64,000 nt of DNA from the human T2T-CHM13v2.0 reference genome, Homo sapiens. The translations under genes and the position numbers were made by a program. A model generated the notes under the pieces. That model saw only the letters and a program-made list of their open reading frames with translations, made no database searches and was not told where the DNA came from. Location: the NCBI RefSeq assembly GCF_009914755.1, contig NC_060934.1, one strand, 5' to 3'. Of the stretch, positions 47,428 through 61,984 are shown in pieces (positions within the stretch are counted from its first letter, which is position 1; the number at the start of each line of letters is the position of its first letter).

Positions 47428-49756
47428 TGATATGGTTTGGCTCTGTGTCCCCACCCAAATCTCATTTTGAATTGTACTCCCATAATTCCCACATGTTGTG
47501 GGAGGGACCCAGTTGGAGATAATTGAAGCATTGGGGCAGTTTCCCCCATATTGTTCTCGTGGTAGTGAATAAGTCTCATGAGATCTGGTGGTTTTATCAG
47601 GGGTTTCCACTTTTGCATCTTTCTCATGCTCTCTTTGCCTGCTCTGCCATTCACGTAAGGTGGGACTTACTCCTCCTTGCTTTCTGCACAACTGTGAGGC
47701 TTCCCAAGTCACATGGAACTGTAAGTCCAATTAAACTTATTTCTTTTGTAAATTGCCCAGTCTTGAATATGTCTTTATCAGCAGCATGAAAACAGACTAA
47801 TACAGTAAATTGGTACCAGTAGAGTGGGGCACTGCTGAAAAGATACCTGAGAATGTGGAAGCAACTTTGGAATTGGGTAACAGGCAGGGGTTGGAATAGT
47901 TTGGAGGGCTCAGAAGAAGACAGGAAAATGTGGGAAAGTTTGGAACTTCCTACAGACTCGTTGAATGGCTTTGCCTAAAATGCTGACAGGAATATGGACA
48001 ATGTAATCCAGGTTGAGGTGGTCTCAGATAGAGATGAGGTACTAGTTGGGAACTGGAGCAGAGGTGACTCTTATTATGTTTTAGCAAAGAGACTAGTGGC
48101 ATTTTACCCTGGCCCTAGAAATTTGTGGGATTTTGAACTTGAGAGAGATGATTTAGGGTACCTGGCAGAAGAAATTTCTAAGCAGCAAAGTGTTCAAGAG
48201 GTGACCTGGATGTTGTTAAAAGCATTCAGTTTTATAAGGGAAGCAGAGCATAAAAGTTCAGAAAATTCACGGCCTGACAATTTGATAGAAAAGAAAAACC
48301 TATTTCCTGAGGAGAAATTCAAGCTGGCTGTATAAATTTGCATAAGTAACAAGGAGTGGAATGTTAATCTCCAAGACAATGGGGAAATGTCTTCAGGGCA
48401 TGTCAGAGGTCTTCACAGCAGCCCCTCCTGTCACAGGTCAGGAGGCCTAGGAGGAAAAAGTGGTCTTGCGGGCTGGGTCCAGGGTCCCTGTGCTGTGTGC
48501 AGCCAGGGATTTGGTGCCCTGCATCCCAGCCATTCCAGTCGTGGCTGAAAGGGATGAATGTAGAGCTTGGGCCATGGCTTTAGAGGATGCAAGCCTCAAG
48601 CCTTGGCAGCTTCCATGGGGTCTTGAGCCTGCGAGTGCACAGCAATCAAGAATTGAGGTTTGGGAACCTCTGCCTAGATTTCAGAAGATGTATGGAAATG
48701 CTTGGATGTCCAGGCAGAAGTTTGCTGCAGGGATGATGCTCTCATGGAGAACTTCTGCTAAGGCAGTGCAGAAGGGAAATGTGGGGTCAGAGCCCCCACA
48801 CAGAGTCTGCACTGGTACACTGCCTAGTGGAGCTGTGAGAAGAGGGCCACTGTTCTCCAGACCCCAGAATGGTAGATCCACTAATGGCTTGCACTGTGCA
48901 CCTGGAAAAGCCACAGACACTCAATGCCAGCCTGTGAAAGCAGTCAGAAGTGTGGCTATACCCTGCAGAGTCACAGGTGCGGAGCTGCCCAAGGCCATGG
49001 GAGGCCACCTCTTGCATCAGTGTGAACTGGATGTGAGACAAGGAGTCAAAGGAGATCATTTTGGAGCTTTAAGATTTGACTGCCCTGCTGGATTTTGGAC
49101 TTGCATGGGTCCTGTAGCCCCTTCATTTTGGCCAATTTCTCCCATTTGAAATGGCTGGATTTTCCCAATGCCTGTACCCCCATTGTACCTAGGAAGTAAC
49201 TAACTTGCTTTTGATTTACAGACTCATAGGCAGAAGGGACTTACCTTGTCTTGGATGAGACTCTGGACTGTGGACTTTTGAGTTAATGCTGAGATGAGTT
49301 AAGACTTTAGGGGACTGTTGGGAAGGGATGATTGGTTTTGAAATGTGAGGACATGAGATTTGGCAGGGGCCAGGGGCAGAATGATATGGTTTGGCTCTGT
49401 GTCCCCACCCAAATCTCATCTTGAATTGTACTTCTATAATTCCCATATGTTGTGGGAGGGACCCGGGGGGAAATAATTGAATCTTGGGGGTGGTTTCCCC
49501 CATACTGTTCTCGTGGTAGTGAATAAGTCTCACAAGATCTGATGCTTTTATCAGGGGTTTTTGCTTTTGCGTCTTCCTCATTTTCTCTTTGCCTGCTACC
49601 ATCCATGTAAGATGGGACTTGCTCCTCCTTGCCTTCCTCCACGGTTTTGAGGCTTCCCCAGCCACGTGGAACTGTAAATCCAATTAAACCTCTTTCTTTT
49701 GTAAATTGCCCAGTTTTGATATGTCTTTATTAGCAGTGTGAAAACGGACAAATATA
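47428..49756 (+). mobile_element. Complete THE1 (THE1A/B-like) MaLR provirus: LTR 47428-47804, internal 47805-49381, LTR 49382-49756
   Basis: Two direct ~375-bp LTRs; internal part starts gtaaattggtaccagtagagtgggg and ends in a purine-rich tract; TSD cagcc/tggcc. Confidence 0.93.
47994..49149 (+). pseudogene. Disrupted THE1-int (MaLR) ORF remnants
   Basis: ORFs 47994-48335 (LWDFELERDDLGYLAEEISKQQS) and 48460-49149 (EVWEPLPRFQKMYGNAWMSRQKFAAG) are typical MaLR internal ORF sequence. Confidence 0.75.
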
Positions 49757-50502
49757 TGGCCAGGATTGAGCCATTCTGTCAAGATCCATCCAAGCAGCTG
49801 GCTGCAGGGGAAGAAAGCTTAACAGCAAAAGCCTTTGAGATGGTTCTCCAAGGGTGGTGGTTGAGGGGAATCAGAGGAGGTCAAGTTGAGCCACTCTTGG
49901 GGATGTCTAGTGGACAGCCTCCCTGCCTGTGGGGTCTCCTGAAGGGCTCATGTGTGGATTCCAAGATCAGTTTAGGAGCTACCACATAGAGATTCTTACC
50001 AGAGACAGCAAAGACAGGGCCACATGAGAGCCATTAGCCACCCATATCAGTTAGATAGGCTAGACTATGCTAAGTAACAAAGTCCCCAAATTTTTGTGCC
50101 TTATGACAATACAGAAATCTTTCTTGTTCATTCTTCATGTCTGTCTCTACTCATCCTAGTGGAATACATGCTCACATGGCATTTACTATTATCAAGTCCC
50201 ATGGCTCCACCTAACTTCAAGGGGACAGAAAACTATAACCCTACTATGTGCCTGGAAGGGCAAAAGAGCAGGCTGTGGCCCCTCCCTCATGGCAAGATTC
50301 TCAGGCTGATTCCAGGCTGGCCTGAGAGGAAGAGGAGGATGAAATTAGACATGCAATTGCAATTTGAAGCCAGACTAGACTTTCATTTTAAATATTGAAA
50401 ATGAAAGGAGTCTGGGGGCTCTTCCTGCAATGTGATTACAAACTAGGAAATCAAGATTCATCAGGGCATGGATGAAGGCAGTGCTTAGAAAGGAATAAAG
50501 TT

Positions 50503-50807
50503 AGCTGGGTGTGGTGGCTCACGCCTGTAATCTCAGCACTTTGGGAGGCCAAGGCAGGTGAATCACCTGAGGTCAGAAGTTCAAGACCAGCCTGACCAAC
50601 AAGGTGAAACCCCATCTCTACTAAAAAGCAAAAATTAGCTGGGTGTGGTGGCACACACCTGTAGTCCCAGCTACTCAGGAGGCTGAGGCAGAAGAATCAC
50701 TTGAACCTAGTAGGCAGAGGTTGCAGTGAGGTGAGATTGCACCACTTTACTCCAGCCTGGGTGACAGAGCAAGACTCTGACTCACAAAAAAAAAAAAAAA
50801 AAAAAAA
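50503..50807 (+). mobile_element. AluSx
   Basis: Complete Alu; degenerate TSD aaaggaataaagtt/aaagaaataaaatt. Confidence 0.9.
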
Positions 50808-50878
50808 GAAATAAAATTGTTTTTTATGTGTGGCTTGCTAATTTCAGACTCTATTAAACCAACTGCCCTTGCATTTAA

Positions 50879-51705
<827 letters not shown>

Positions 51706-51859
51706 CAGGTATGCACTTTAAAAGCCATCCTTGCTATCTTGTGCCATTTTCCTGATAGAAGTCACCCTTCTAAAGTGGACAAGGTAAGACATATTTACAT
51801 TGTTATCCCTTTGTGGGTAAGAGAATAAAATTAGGAAGATCCTCAGGATGTAGCAAAAG

Positions 51860-52050
51860 GGCACTTACTATGTGCCAGGCCCCACTAGGCACTTGGCATG
51901 CATTTATATCTCATTTAACTCCTAGGGCTACTCTATGAGGTAAGCAATTCCATTCCAATTTTGTGGATGAGTCAAACTGAGGCATCAAGAGATAATGTGA
52001 CTTGCCAAGGTCAAGCAACTAATAGGCGAGATTTGAACCCAGATCTGTCT
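51860..52050 (-). mobile_element. MIR
   Basis: cacttactatgtgccaggc...gatgagtcaaactgaggc...gtgacttgccaaggtca...gatttgaacccag. Confidence 0.75.
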
Positions 52051-52708
52051 GTTTTTCAAAAGTCTCCACCCAGCTACAATTCCCCATTGAAAAAGTTTTG
52101 GAGGAGTTACAGGAGGGAGAGGCCATTGTTGGGTGGAATAGTCTTGAGGAGGGACTCCAGTATGAGGGGATGTCCTGGAAGCAAGGAGGGTGGCAAGCAA
52201 AGGTGCTGAGATGAGAGTGCACACAAAGGGCTCAAGGACAAAGAGTAGGCAGAGCTGATTGTCACTGAGAATGTGTAAGAACAGTGGGGGCAAGATAAAA
52301 GGCAGGTTGGAGCCAGATGGGGAGTTGTCAGGCATGTAGGCTGAGGAGTTTGACTGTGCTCTCTCAGGCCATGGGGGAACATTTGGAGTGGGATTTGTAA
52401 TGCTGATGAGAGGAAATAGGAAGCCTGGGAGTCTGCAGTTCCTAGAGCTACCATTAAGCGTTAGTGCTGGGGCTGTCTGCCCATAGAGTCGTTATCCCCT
52501 TAGCAGGTGGGAAATAGGAAGGGTCTAGTTTAGGCAGAAACATCCCTCAAGAGAAAGGCATGTCAGGGTTGGTGGAGACAGTGGGAGAAGGTTCCAGATG
52601 CAGCAGGACAGACCCTGGAAGGCAGGGAGGCAGGGGGGTGGCATAGGGCAGCAGAAAGAATGCATCTCTGGCTCATGGCAGATCTTGTTCAGTTCTCAGC
52701 TTAGTCTC

Positions 52709-53465
52709 TGTGAATAAAAGTTATCTGAAAATAAATTTGGAGGAAAGAGACTTTATTCCAGTCAACGTTTGCAAACCAGGGAGAAGCAGCCTTCAGTGTA
52801 AAACGAAGGTGCATTCCAGAGAACAAAGAGAGGGTCTGAGCATTTGTTTTTTCTTTTGAGACAAGGTCTTGCTCTGTCACCTGGGCTGGAGTGCAGTGGC
52901 GTGATCATGGCTCACTGCAGCCTCGAACTTCTGTGCTCAAGTGATTCTCCCACTTCAGCCTCCTGAGTAGCTGGGACTACAGGCACATGTCACCATGCCT
53001 GGTTAATTTTTGTATTTTTTGTAGAGATGGGGTGTTGCTATATTGCCCAGGCTGGTCTCAAACTGCTGAGCTCAAGCGATCCATCTGCCTCAGCCTCCCA
53101 AAGTGCTGGGACTATAGGTGTGAGCCACTGCACCAGGCCAGGGTTTGAGTTTTATAGCAAAATTTCCAGCCCAGGTTTCTTTATGCAAATGAAGAATTCA
53201 AACTTGCTTAGTTCTAATTGGTTGACACAGCTGAGTTCTATTGGTCAATACAGCTGAGCCCTGGTTAGCTGAGGTAGGTGAGCTCCGATTGTTTCTGAGT
53301 TCAGGTGAACTCAGAAAGTTAAAAAGTTGTGGGTTTTTGGAGAACTCAGAGTATGTGACCTCTAGTCAGCAAATGGCCACGTGGCTCTGTTTTAAATTTA
53401 GGCCCAGTTAGCCTCTTGGGATCTATCTTTAAGGATTTGCTCTTTCAGGTTCACATTTGTTCACG
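52709..53465 (-). mobile_element. ERV1 solo LTR, MER67-like, interrupted by AluJ
   Basis: Minus strand starts gtgaacaaatgtgaacctgaaagag; repeated CCAAT boxes, octamer, TATA-like ctataaaa and AATAAA. Confidence 0.7.
52843..53139 (-). mobile_element. AluJ
   Basis: TSD agggtctgag (52831-52840) / agggtttgag (53140-53149). Confidence 0.9.
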
Positions 53466-54649
53466 TCTTTTACCACCTGTATGACCCTGGGCATGGAATT
53501 TTGCTTTTCTGACACTAAAATTAAATGGTAGAACTGCAAATTTCCTCAAACCATACTTTAATATGCTGCAACATGTAGCCCCTCTAGTTTATCATACTTT
53601 CCTTTTGAGCCCCTTTTCTATAGGCGAACAGGGACACTTAACATGCCAATTGAGTGTCTACCAGTCTATCTAGTCTCTTTCAGTGAAAATGTTTCCACTC
53701 TGGCTTTTCTATCTTCGTATCAGGGCTGGCTCAAATAGTTCTTTTGGGATTACTCAATGACTCTTTAAGTAAAAGCTCCATCTTTCAGAGTTTTGCTCTT
53801 TTGCCTTCTCCTCTCCAAGATGGTGCCTGGGTATTTAAGGGGTTTACTGTAACCACAAGACAGCAGGGAGAGGAGCCTCAGGTCCACACTGTGTCCTCCA
53901 TATCCAGGGCTAGTCCAGTCTGCTCCCTGGACTGTAGGCCACTAAGGCATGACAGGCCTCTTCTTGCCTCCTTGGTGATGGGCTGCTGGTGGCATCTATG
54001 ATTTTGGCCATTTGTCCTCAAGTCACAAGGTTCCTACCCATGGTGGCCTCTTTCTTTGATCTCAGGCCTCTGTCCTCTTGGTACTTTGATGTGCTCTCCT
54101 GATGGAGGGTCAGGGGTGCTGCCACAGGCTCATTCATCAGACCATTTCCTGCAGTCTTACTGTGCCATCACCCTCTGCCATGTTGGAAATGAGTGGATTT
54201 TCTTGTAGGCTCACAGACTCTTGCTAATAGACATGGGAAGTAGGTCTTTAGTTTTTCGGATGGCCTTGGCTTTCCTCTCAATCTATCTAATGTATCTCCT
54301 TGAGGTGAAACACAGCTTGGAGAGGAAAGGTAAAACACATTCACATCACCTCCAGCTTCCCCTCCCTCCACCCATCTTTTCCTTTCCATAACCCCTTGAA
54401 CATGAAGGGATGAACACCCTGGCTTTACTTTGCAGAAGTACCTTATTCCAGGCCATGTGGTTCTTGGGTGCTGACTCCATGTCTGAGTTCCAGGGACAGA
54501 CAGGTAAATCAGTCCTGTCTAATCAGATTATCCCGTTCTGGCTAGTGACTGGTCCAGGGATGAACATGTGACCCACATCTGTGCAATGATAGGCATCTCT
54601 GAGAACTTATTAGACCTTTATAACAGAGAAGCTCTCTTTTTCTTGAATT

Positions 54650-55652
<1,003 letters not shown>

Positions 55653-56145
55653 TAATTTTTTTTTTTTACTAGTGTAGAAGTTCTCTTTTTAGAGTTTGCT
55701 AAGCTGGTGAAAAGTAAGCCAGGCAAGAGCCACCATAGGGAGGCTGTATCCCTGAGAATGAATTCAAAACAGAGGGGAGCAGAGCTGAAAAATGGAGGGG
55801 AGGGAGAGACAGAGAGAGAGAGAGATAGTTGAGGGAGAGAAAGAGGCTTGAAGAAAGGGTTTGAACTCCTATATTCAATTCTGAGTGAACTTAGGTCTAC
55901 CCTGGACTTTACTGGAGACAATACATTTTATTTGCTAAAGTCGTTTTGAGCTGGATTCCTGTCACTTGCAGCTGAAAGAGTCTTGACTAATCCCATGTCT
56001 GAGTTGGCCCAGCCTTGAAGGCTAGTGTGTATGTATGAGTGAGTTTCATGCCAATGAGGAAAAGAAAAAAAACATGGTTCACTAATTCTTATTTCTTTTT
56101 CCCACGAGTGAGAATTGTTGACTTGCTAGTTTCCTTACTAGGTGA

Positions 56146-56535
56146 CTATTAAGAACTAAATGTTTGTATCTTCCAAATTCCTACCCCCATTGTGATGGTA
56201 TTTGTAAAGAGGCCTTTGGGAGGTAACTAGTGTTAGGCCTTAATGATGAAACCAGCCCTTATAAGAAGAGATATCAGAAAGATCAGAGAGCTTATTCTCT
56301 CCCTTCTCTCCTTTGCACCCTCCCCTTCTCCCGCAATTTCATGCACAAGCACTGAGGAAAACCATGTGAACACACAGTGAGAAGGCAGCCATCTGCAAGC
56401 CTGGGAGAGATCCCGCTCCTGACCATGCTGGCATCCTGATCTTGGACTTTCAGCCTCCAGAACTGTGCGAAAATAAATTTCTGTTGTTAAGTCACCCAGT
56501 CTATTTTATTATGGCAGCTCGAGGAGACTAATAGA
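56146..56535 (+). mobile_element. MaLR LTR, MLT1A-like
   Basis: gtgagaaggcagccatctgcaagcc...cttggactttcagcctccagaactgtgcgaaaataaatttctgttg. Confidence 0.8.
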
Positions 56536-56567
56536 GTGACCTGTTAAGTGAGCCCACTACTCAAAAG

Positions 56568-56696
56568 CTTTCCTTCCTTCTTTTCCCTCCATCCCTTCCT
56601 CACTCGCTTCCTTCCTTCCTTCCCCCTCCCTTCCTTCCTTCCCCTACCCTTCCTTCCTCTCTCCCTCCTTCCCTCCCTCTTTCTCTTTCCTTTTTT
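56568..56696. repeat. CT-rich polypyrimidine low-complexity tract
   Basis: (ttcc)n/(cctt)n degenerate repeats. Confidence 0.9.
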
Positions 56697-57445
56697 AGAG
56701 AAGCACTATCTAAACCTATATGGAAGAAAAAATTTGTCCCTATTAGCAGGATTATGGTCCTGCCCTTTAAAAGACAACAGATCTCCACAGTTTTGCTGAA
56801 GAACACGGGATCTGTTCTTGCTTCTTTTGGGTCTACGGCATCACAGATAGCACACTAGCTTTTGATGGTTCCTTTCCCTGCAACTAGGGCAATGTCACTG
56901 CCTCTCACTAAAATGTTTTAGCTTACTCTCTTTCTCTGATGAATATAAGAACTAGGGGGTAGGAGTAGGGACTGTGTTTATGGGAAGCACTTGACATTTT
57001 CTGCAATGTAGTTTAGTCATTTATCTGTTCAACCATCCATCCTATTAGCACTGGGCTTTTATTGGGAAGAAAGATAACATATGTATTGGGTGTATTTCAT
57101 ACACGTTATCTCACTTGATTCTTATTGCAACCCTTTGAGATAGACATTGTTATTACCCCATTTTACAGATGAGAAAGCTAGAGTTTAGAGAGTTTAAGCC
57201 ACTCATAGATCCAGACAATGACAGTATGATGAAGCTGACATTCACACCCCAATGCCTGTGCTCTATCTTGAGACTCCATCTTGATTTTCCGTCTGCAGGG
57301 TCTATGCTAAGCAGTGCAGGTGAGGTAAGAGGGTTAGCAGGTGCCTGGGTGTGAACCTTGTCATCAAACCCAGCAGTCTATTAGAGCTGCTGAGACAGTG
57401 AGAGAATAACTGTAATACAAAATAGAAAGCAGGAGTATCTTAATG

Positions 57446-58225
57446 TAGTGATACCAATCTTCAGGATTCTGGAACAAAAAAGAAAAAGAAAAAGAAAAGA
57501 AAATCAGAACTCCAAGGGATTCTTGGCAATTTTTAAAATCATAAGTTATTCTTAAGATACTAACATTCTTTATTCTGTCTGCTCATTATTATGTATAGCT
57601 ACAGTTTTGTTTAAGAAATAAGAAATATGAAGTTAGTAGAGTAGAACTGTAGCCCATAGTGGATATTAAACCATGGGAAAATGCCAGGGAACATTACTGG
57701 ACAGTATTTAAATAATGTAACATCGAGATCTCCTAGCAAGGTTAACAGTACCATGCAGAATCATATATCAAAATTATGAATTTAGGGACTTCTCTTTTGT
57801 TTCCAAAACTTATTTCTTGGAACACCACTCATAGAATTTGTGTAAAGTATACTATGCATACGAACATGTTAATATTATTTTATTTGCAAGAATAACTCAT
57901 TGATCACAGCAAAAAGAGCAACAAACACACAACAATAACATGACGACAGTTACATGTAAGATTGACTGATGTCAGACTTGATCCTCAACTCTGGATGTCA
58001 GCGTTTCCTATTTTTGGGAGTGGCTCGACATCAGTGAATTCCTTTGAACCAGTAATGTCTTTGAACTGATAAGCTCTAATTCTCACAGGAAAATTATGAT
58101 ATTTCTCTTGTTTTCTCAATTTTTCTCAGGGAATTGAGATTTGGAAAACATTTAGACTTCCTGAGAAATTTAAGTTTAGAAAGGAAATTTAAATTTAGAA
58201 AAGAATTTCTGAGTGGATACACTAG
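57446..58225. mobile_element. ~780-bp hAT-like DNA transposon fossil (possibly MER99) within an L2 remnant
   Basis: Imperfect TIRs tagtgataccaatc / revcomp tagtgtatccactc; 8-bp flanks tcttaatg/tctgaagg (6/8); AT-rich body. Confidence 0.5.
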
Positions 58226-59819
58226 TCTGAAGGGAGGTGAAGATATGAGCTAAAGGATTTGGGGAAGGTAAATATAATTAGCAGCTGTAGGAATCCTAGT
58301 AGACTTCCGGTAGGAGCTGGCATTGGAGTTGGGCTGTGAAGGGTGGGCAGGATTTATGGATTGGAGGTGGGAGTAGGAGTAGGAGTAGGGAGGAAGGCAT
58401 TCTGAGTGGAAGACGCAGCTTGAGCAAGAGAGACTGAGAAGTGGAAACTGGGGGATATACCGGGAAGGTAGATTCACCTCAAACAGTTTATGAAAGGGAG
58501 TGGTTGATGATAAGATCGAACAGGTACAGTAGGACTCAATCTTTGAGGGCTGGAGCAGAGCTCATATATCATTTGTACCACCCACCCTGCAAAGTAGGGC
58601 TGTCTGTTTCCATGTTATGACAAGGAAACAGAAGCTCACGAGTTAAGAAACTTGCTGAAGGTCTCAAAGGGAATAAAGGATATGAGTTAGGGAGTATGAA
58701 CGCCAAAGAGCACATGTGATGTCTTGCTCAGCACAGACACTGAGAGTCTGTGGAATAAGATAGTCACTGGGGCTTTCTTAAATGTCTGTTGAGTTAAATT
58801 GATGTGTAGAAATTAGAGGGAGATAGATTTTGGTTCAGTATGAATAAACACGTTCAGGAAAAACAAACTTCAGTAACAAGTTGTTTTAACTTTTTTTTGT
58901 TATCTGTGTATCTGTCTAATGATCTGTGTATCTTTTATTTATTTCTTACTGATGCTGCGATTCGTAAGGAATGGTGGTTCCCTCTTTCTTTTGGCCACAA
59001 GGAAGCTTCATATCAAATTTGTAGCTCTATAGAATGGGATGGCTTACTTTTCTAACGTTAATCATGCTAGTCATATTCCTTGATTTATTTTGCTGTTCAT
59101 TTTACCCCTTGGCGTTGGACACAACCATTCAAGCTGTCTCAAATTTGGATATAATTAACTAATTAATTGGGCACAGACTGAGAAATTCTAATAGTCAGAT
59201 GTGTAAAATGGTATGTGCTGCCATGTGAAATCATGAGCTCACCATGAGCAGAGGTGTGTAAGAGGAGATTGGAAGAGCATTTGGCTCCAAGTTCCCTTCA
59301 GCTCCGAGATTTTCCGATTATAAAGAGTTGGAAATAGGTCACTGTTTCACTGCGCCCTCGAGCCATCCCCCAACAAACCTCACCCGAGTGCTGGTAAAAA
59401 AACATTCTCATCCTCTTACAGGCCCGAAGTCCTCTGGCCACACAGGCTAATGAGACTCTGGGACTTGGGGATCCAGGCTGCCCGGTACTGGGGCAACAGT
59501 GCAGTTGACATTAATAGCATGTGACTAGCAGTGGATTGATTAAACAGATGTTAAGGTTTTAGCTGATAATGATTCATTACTATTTGGGAGAAACCTGATA
59601 GGGATGCTCCCACTCTAAGAATTAATTAGTTTATGCTTCATCAGTCGTATTGAGCAGAGTGTAAACGGCCCTTCTGAGTACAGAGCTCTCCAGTTACAGG
59701 AATTACCATTCCTTCCACCCAGCAAGACATGGGAGCAGGGTGCTTCCTTCCATGGAGGAGCAGGCAGAAGGGGAGGGGAGTAGCAAGGAGATCAAGAGGC
59801 CTACATGCTTGATGCTTGC

Positions 59820-60622
59820 CCTCCAGGATCCATCTTGTTTTCCCCTCTGCCTATCATTTGGGGATGCTCTCATTTGCCACTCTCAATCCGTGCTACCATG
59901 GGGCTTCTCTCCAGCTCAAGCGAGGGGCCAGCATGTGACCAAGGCTGAGCTGGGCCAGTCATTGCACTGCATTAACTGGGCAATGGTGATTGGCTCAGTG
60001 ATGTATATGTGAGACCCAATCAGATGCTCTGAGGCTCAATGAGACATTTGCTGGGAATTTAGGGAAAGCTGTTCTCTCACTTTTCCTGAAGGGGATGTAA
60101 GGCAGGAGCTGCAGCGGCTATTTTAATTCCAGCCTTGAAGCCATCGAGTCATTCCCAGCCTTTGAACCTCTTCAGCTGGTGCCACATGGAGCAGAGACAA
60201 CTGTCCCCATCAAGACCTGTCCAAATTGCAGATTTGCAAGCAAAAATAAGACTCCTCCCTGCAACAGCCCCCCAGACAGTCTCACTGTCGCCCAGGCTGG
60301 AGTGCAGTGGTGCAATCTTTGTCCACTGCAGCCTTCCTCTCCTGGATTCAAGCGATTCTCATGCCTCAGCCTCCTGAGTAGCTGGGATTACAGGCCTGCG
60401 CCACCACACCCAGCTAATTTTTGTATTTCTAGTAGAGACAGGGTTTCGTCTTGTTGGCCAGGCTGGTCTCGAACTCCTGGCCTCAAATGATCTGCCTGTC
60501 TCAGCCTCCCAATGTGCTGGGGTTACAGGCATAAGCCACCACGCCTGGCCAAGACCATTGTTGTTTTGTTTTAAGCCACTGTTTGTGGTGATTTGTCACT
60601 CAGCAACTGGTAACTGGAACAG
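59820..60622 (+). mobile_element. Old ERVL/MaLR LTR remnants (LTR16-like then MLT1-like), interrupted by an Alu
   Basis: ggtgattggctcagtgatg..gtgagacccaatcag; ccaaattgcagatttgcaagcaaaaataa...ttttaagccact...gcaactggtaactggaaca. Confidence 0.6.
60274..60550 (-). mobile_element. AluSx-like element lacking a poly(A) tail
   Basis: Alu body begins agacagtctcactgtcgccc with no poly(T) before it. Confidence 0.88.
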
Positions 60623-61199
60623 CTCATGTCTTATATTTTGGACTGTAGACGAATCTTTCCTTATTGCGAACCTGATCATCTTACTCTTCTGTTTAAAAAA
60701 CTCTCACAAGCCTGTAGGTTAAAGGCCAACACTTTTGTGTGTTATTCACAATACCTTTCTGGATCTACCTCAGATCTCACTGCCTTTCCTTTCCTTTCAG
60801 GCATCCTGTCCTTCTGTTACACAGAACTGTTTGTAGTCTCCTAAACAGCTCGTGCTCTCTCAGGCCTCTGTGTCTTCGTGCATGCTGTTCCCTCTGTCTG
60901 AAATGCCTGTCCCATCACTGTCAGAAGACATCTCTCTGATGAAGTTCCTCTCTCGCCTTTTCTTTAGACTTCTTGGGTGAATCACTGGATTCTTTCCTCA
61001 ATTGTTTTTGCACATATACTTTATGGAGAATTTCCTTGACTGTCTTCTAACCCTTATGGAAAATTTTATTTCAATAATCTTATTTTAAATTTCCAACAAC
61101 TTTTTTCTTGTTCTGTTTTTCATCATACTTTGTACTTGTTTCATGTCTTATGTCTCTTGCTTCTTGAATTAAATATCCTCTTGAATCTCTCTGCTTTTC

Positions 61200-61500
<301 letters not shown>

Positions 61501-61538
61501 TCTCTCTGCTTTTCCATTTACTGAATTATCATAGCTTC

Positions 61539-61984
61539 TGACAGAGATTCTTTGCTTGACAAAATGTAGGTGTCTGAACTTTTTCTTAGGCCCATCTGTG
61601 TGCTTCCTTGCAAAGTTCTATTTTGGCAAAGAGCCTTGTGCTAAGTTAGTTTAGCAAGAATCCCTCACCCTTGATACTTGATCACTCATGAATCTGATAA
61701 AAAAAATCCTTGCTCCTTACCCAGGGTATCTGATTACCTGGACTGCCTTCAGCAGAAATCCTTTTAGAGTGTTTCAGCCAGAATTCTCCCACACTTGATG
61801 CCTCCTTAGTAATTTTCTGTTCACTGACCTCCTTCCTCCTTGGCTATAAATCTGCACTTGTCCTTGCTGTATTTGGAATGGAGCCTAGTTCTATTCTGGG
61901 GACTCTTTTCCCCAATTGCAATAGTACTGAATAAAATTTGCCTTTACCACTTTAACTTCTGTCTGGCTCTGCTTTTTAGAGATG
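61539..61984 (+). mobile_element. ERV1 solo LTR, MER31-like
   Basis: tgacagagattctttgcttgac start; ggctataaat TATA; aataaa; TSD cttc at 61535-61538 and 61985-61988. Confidence 0.78.
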
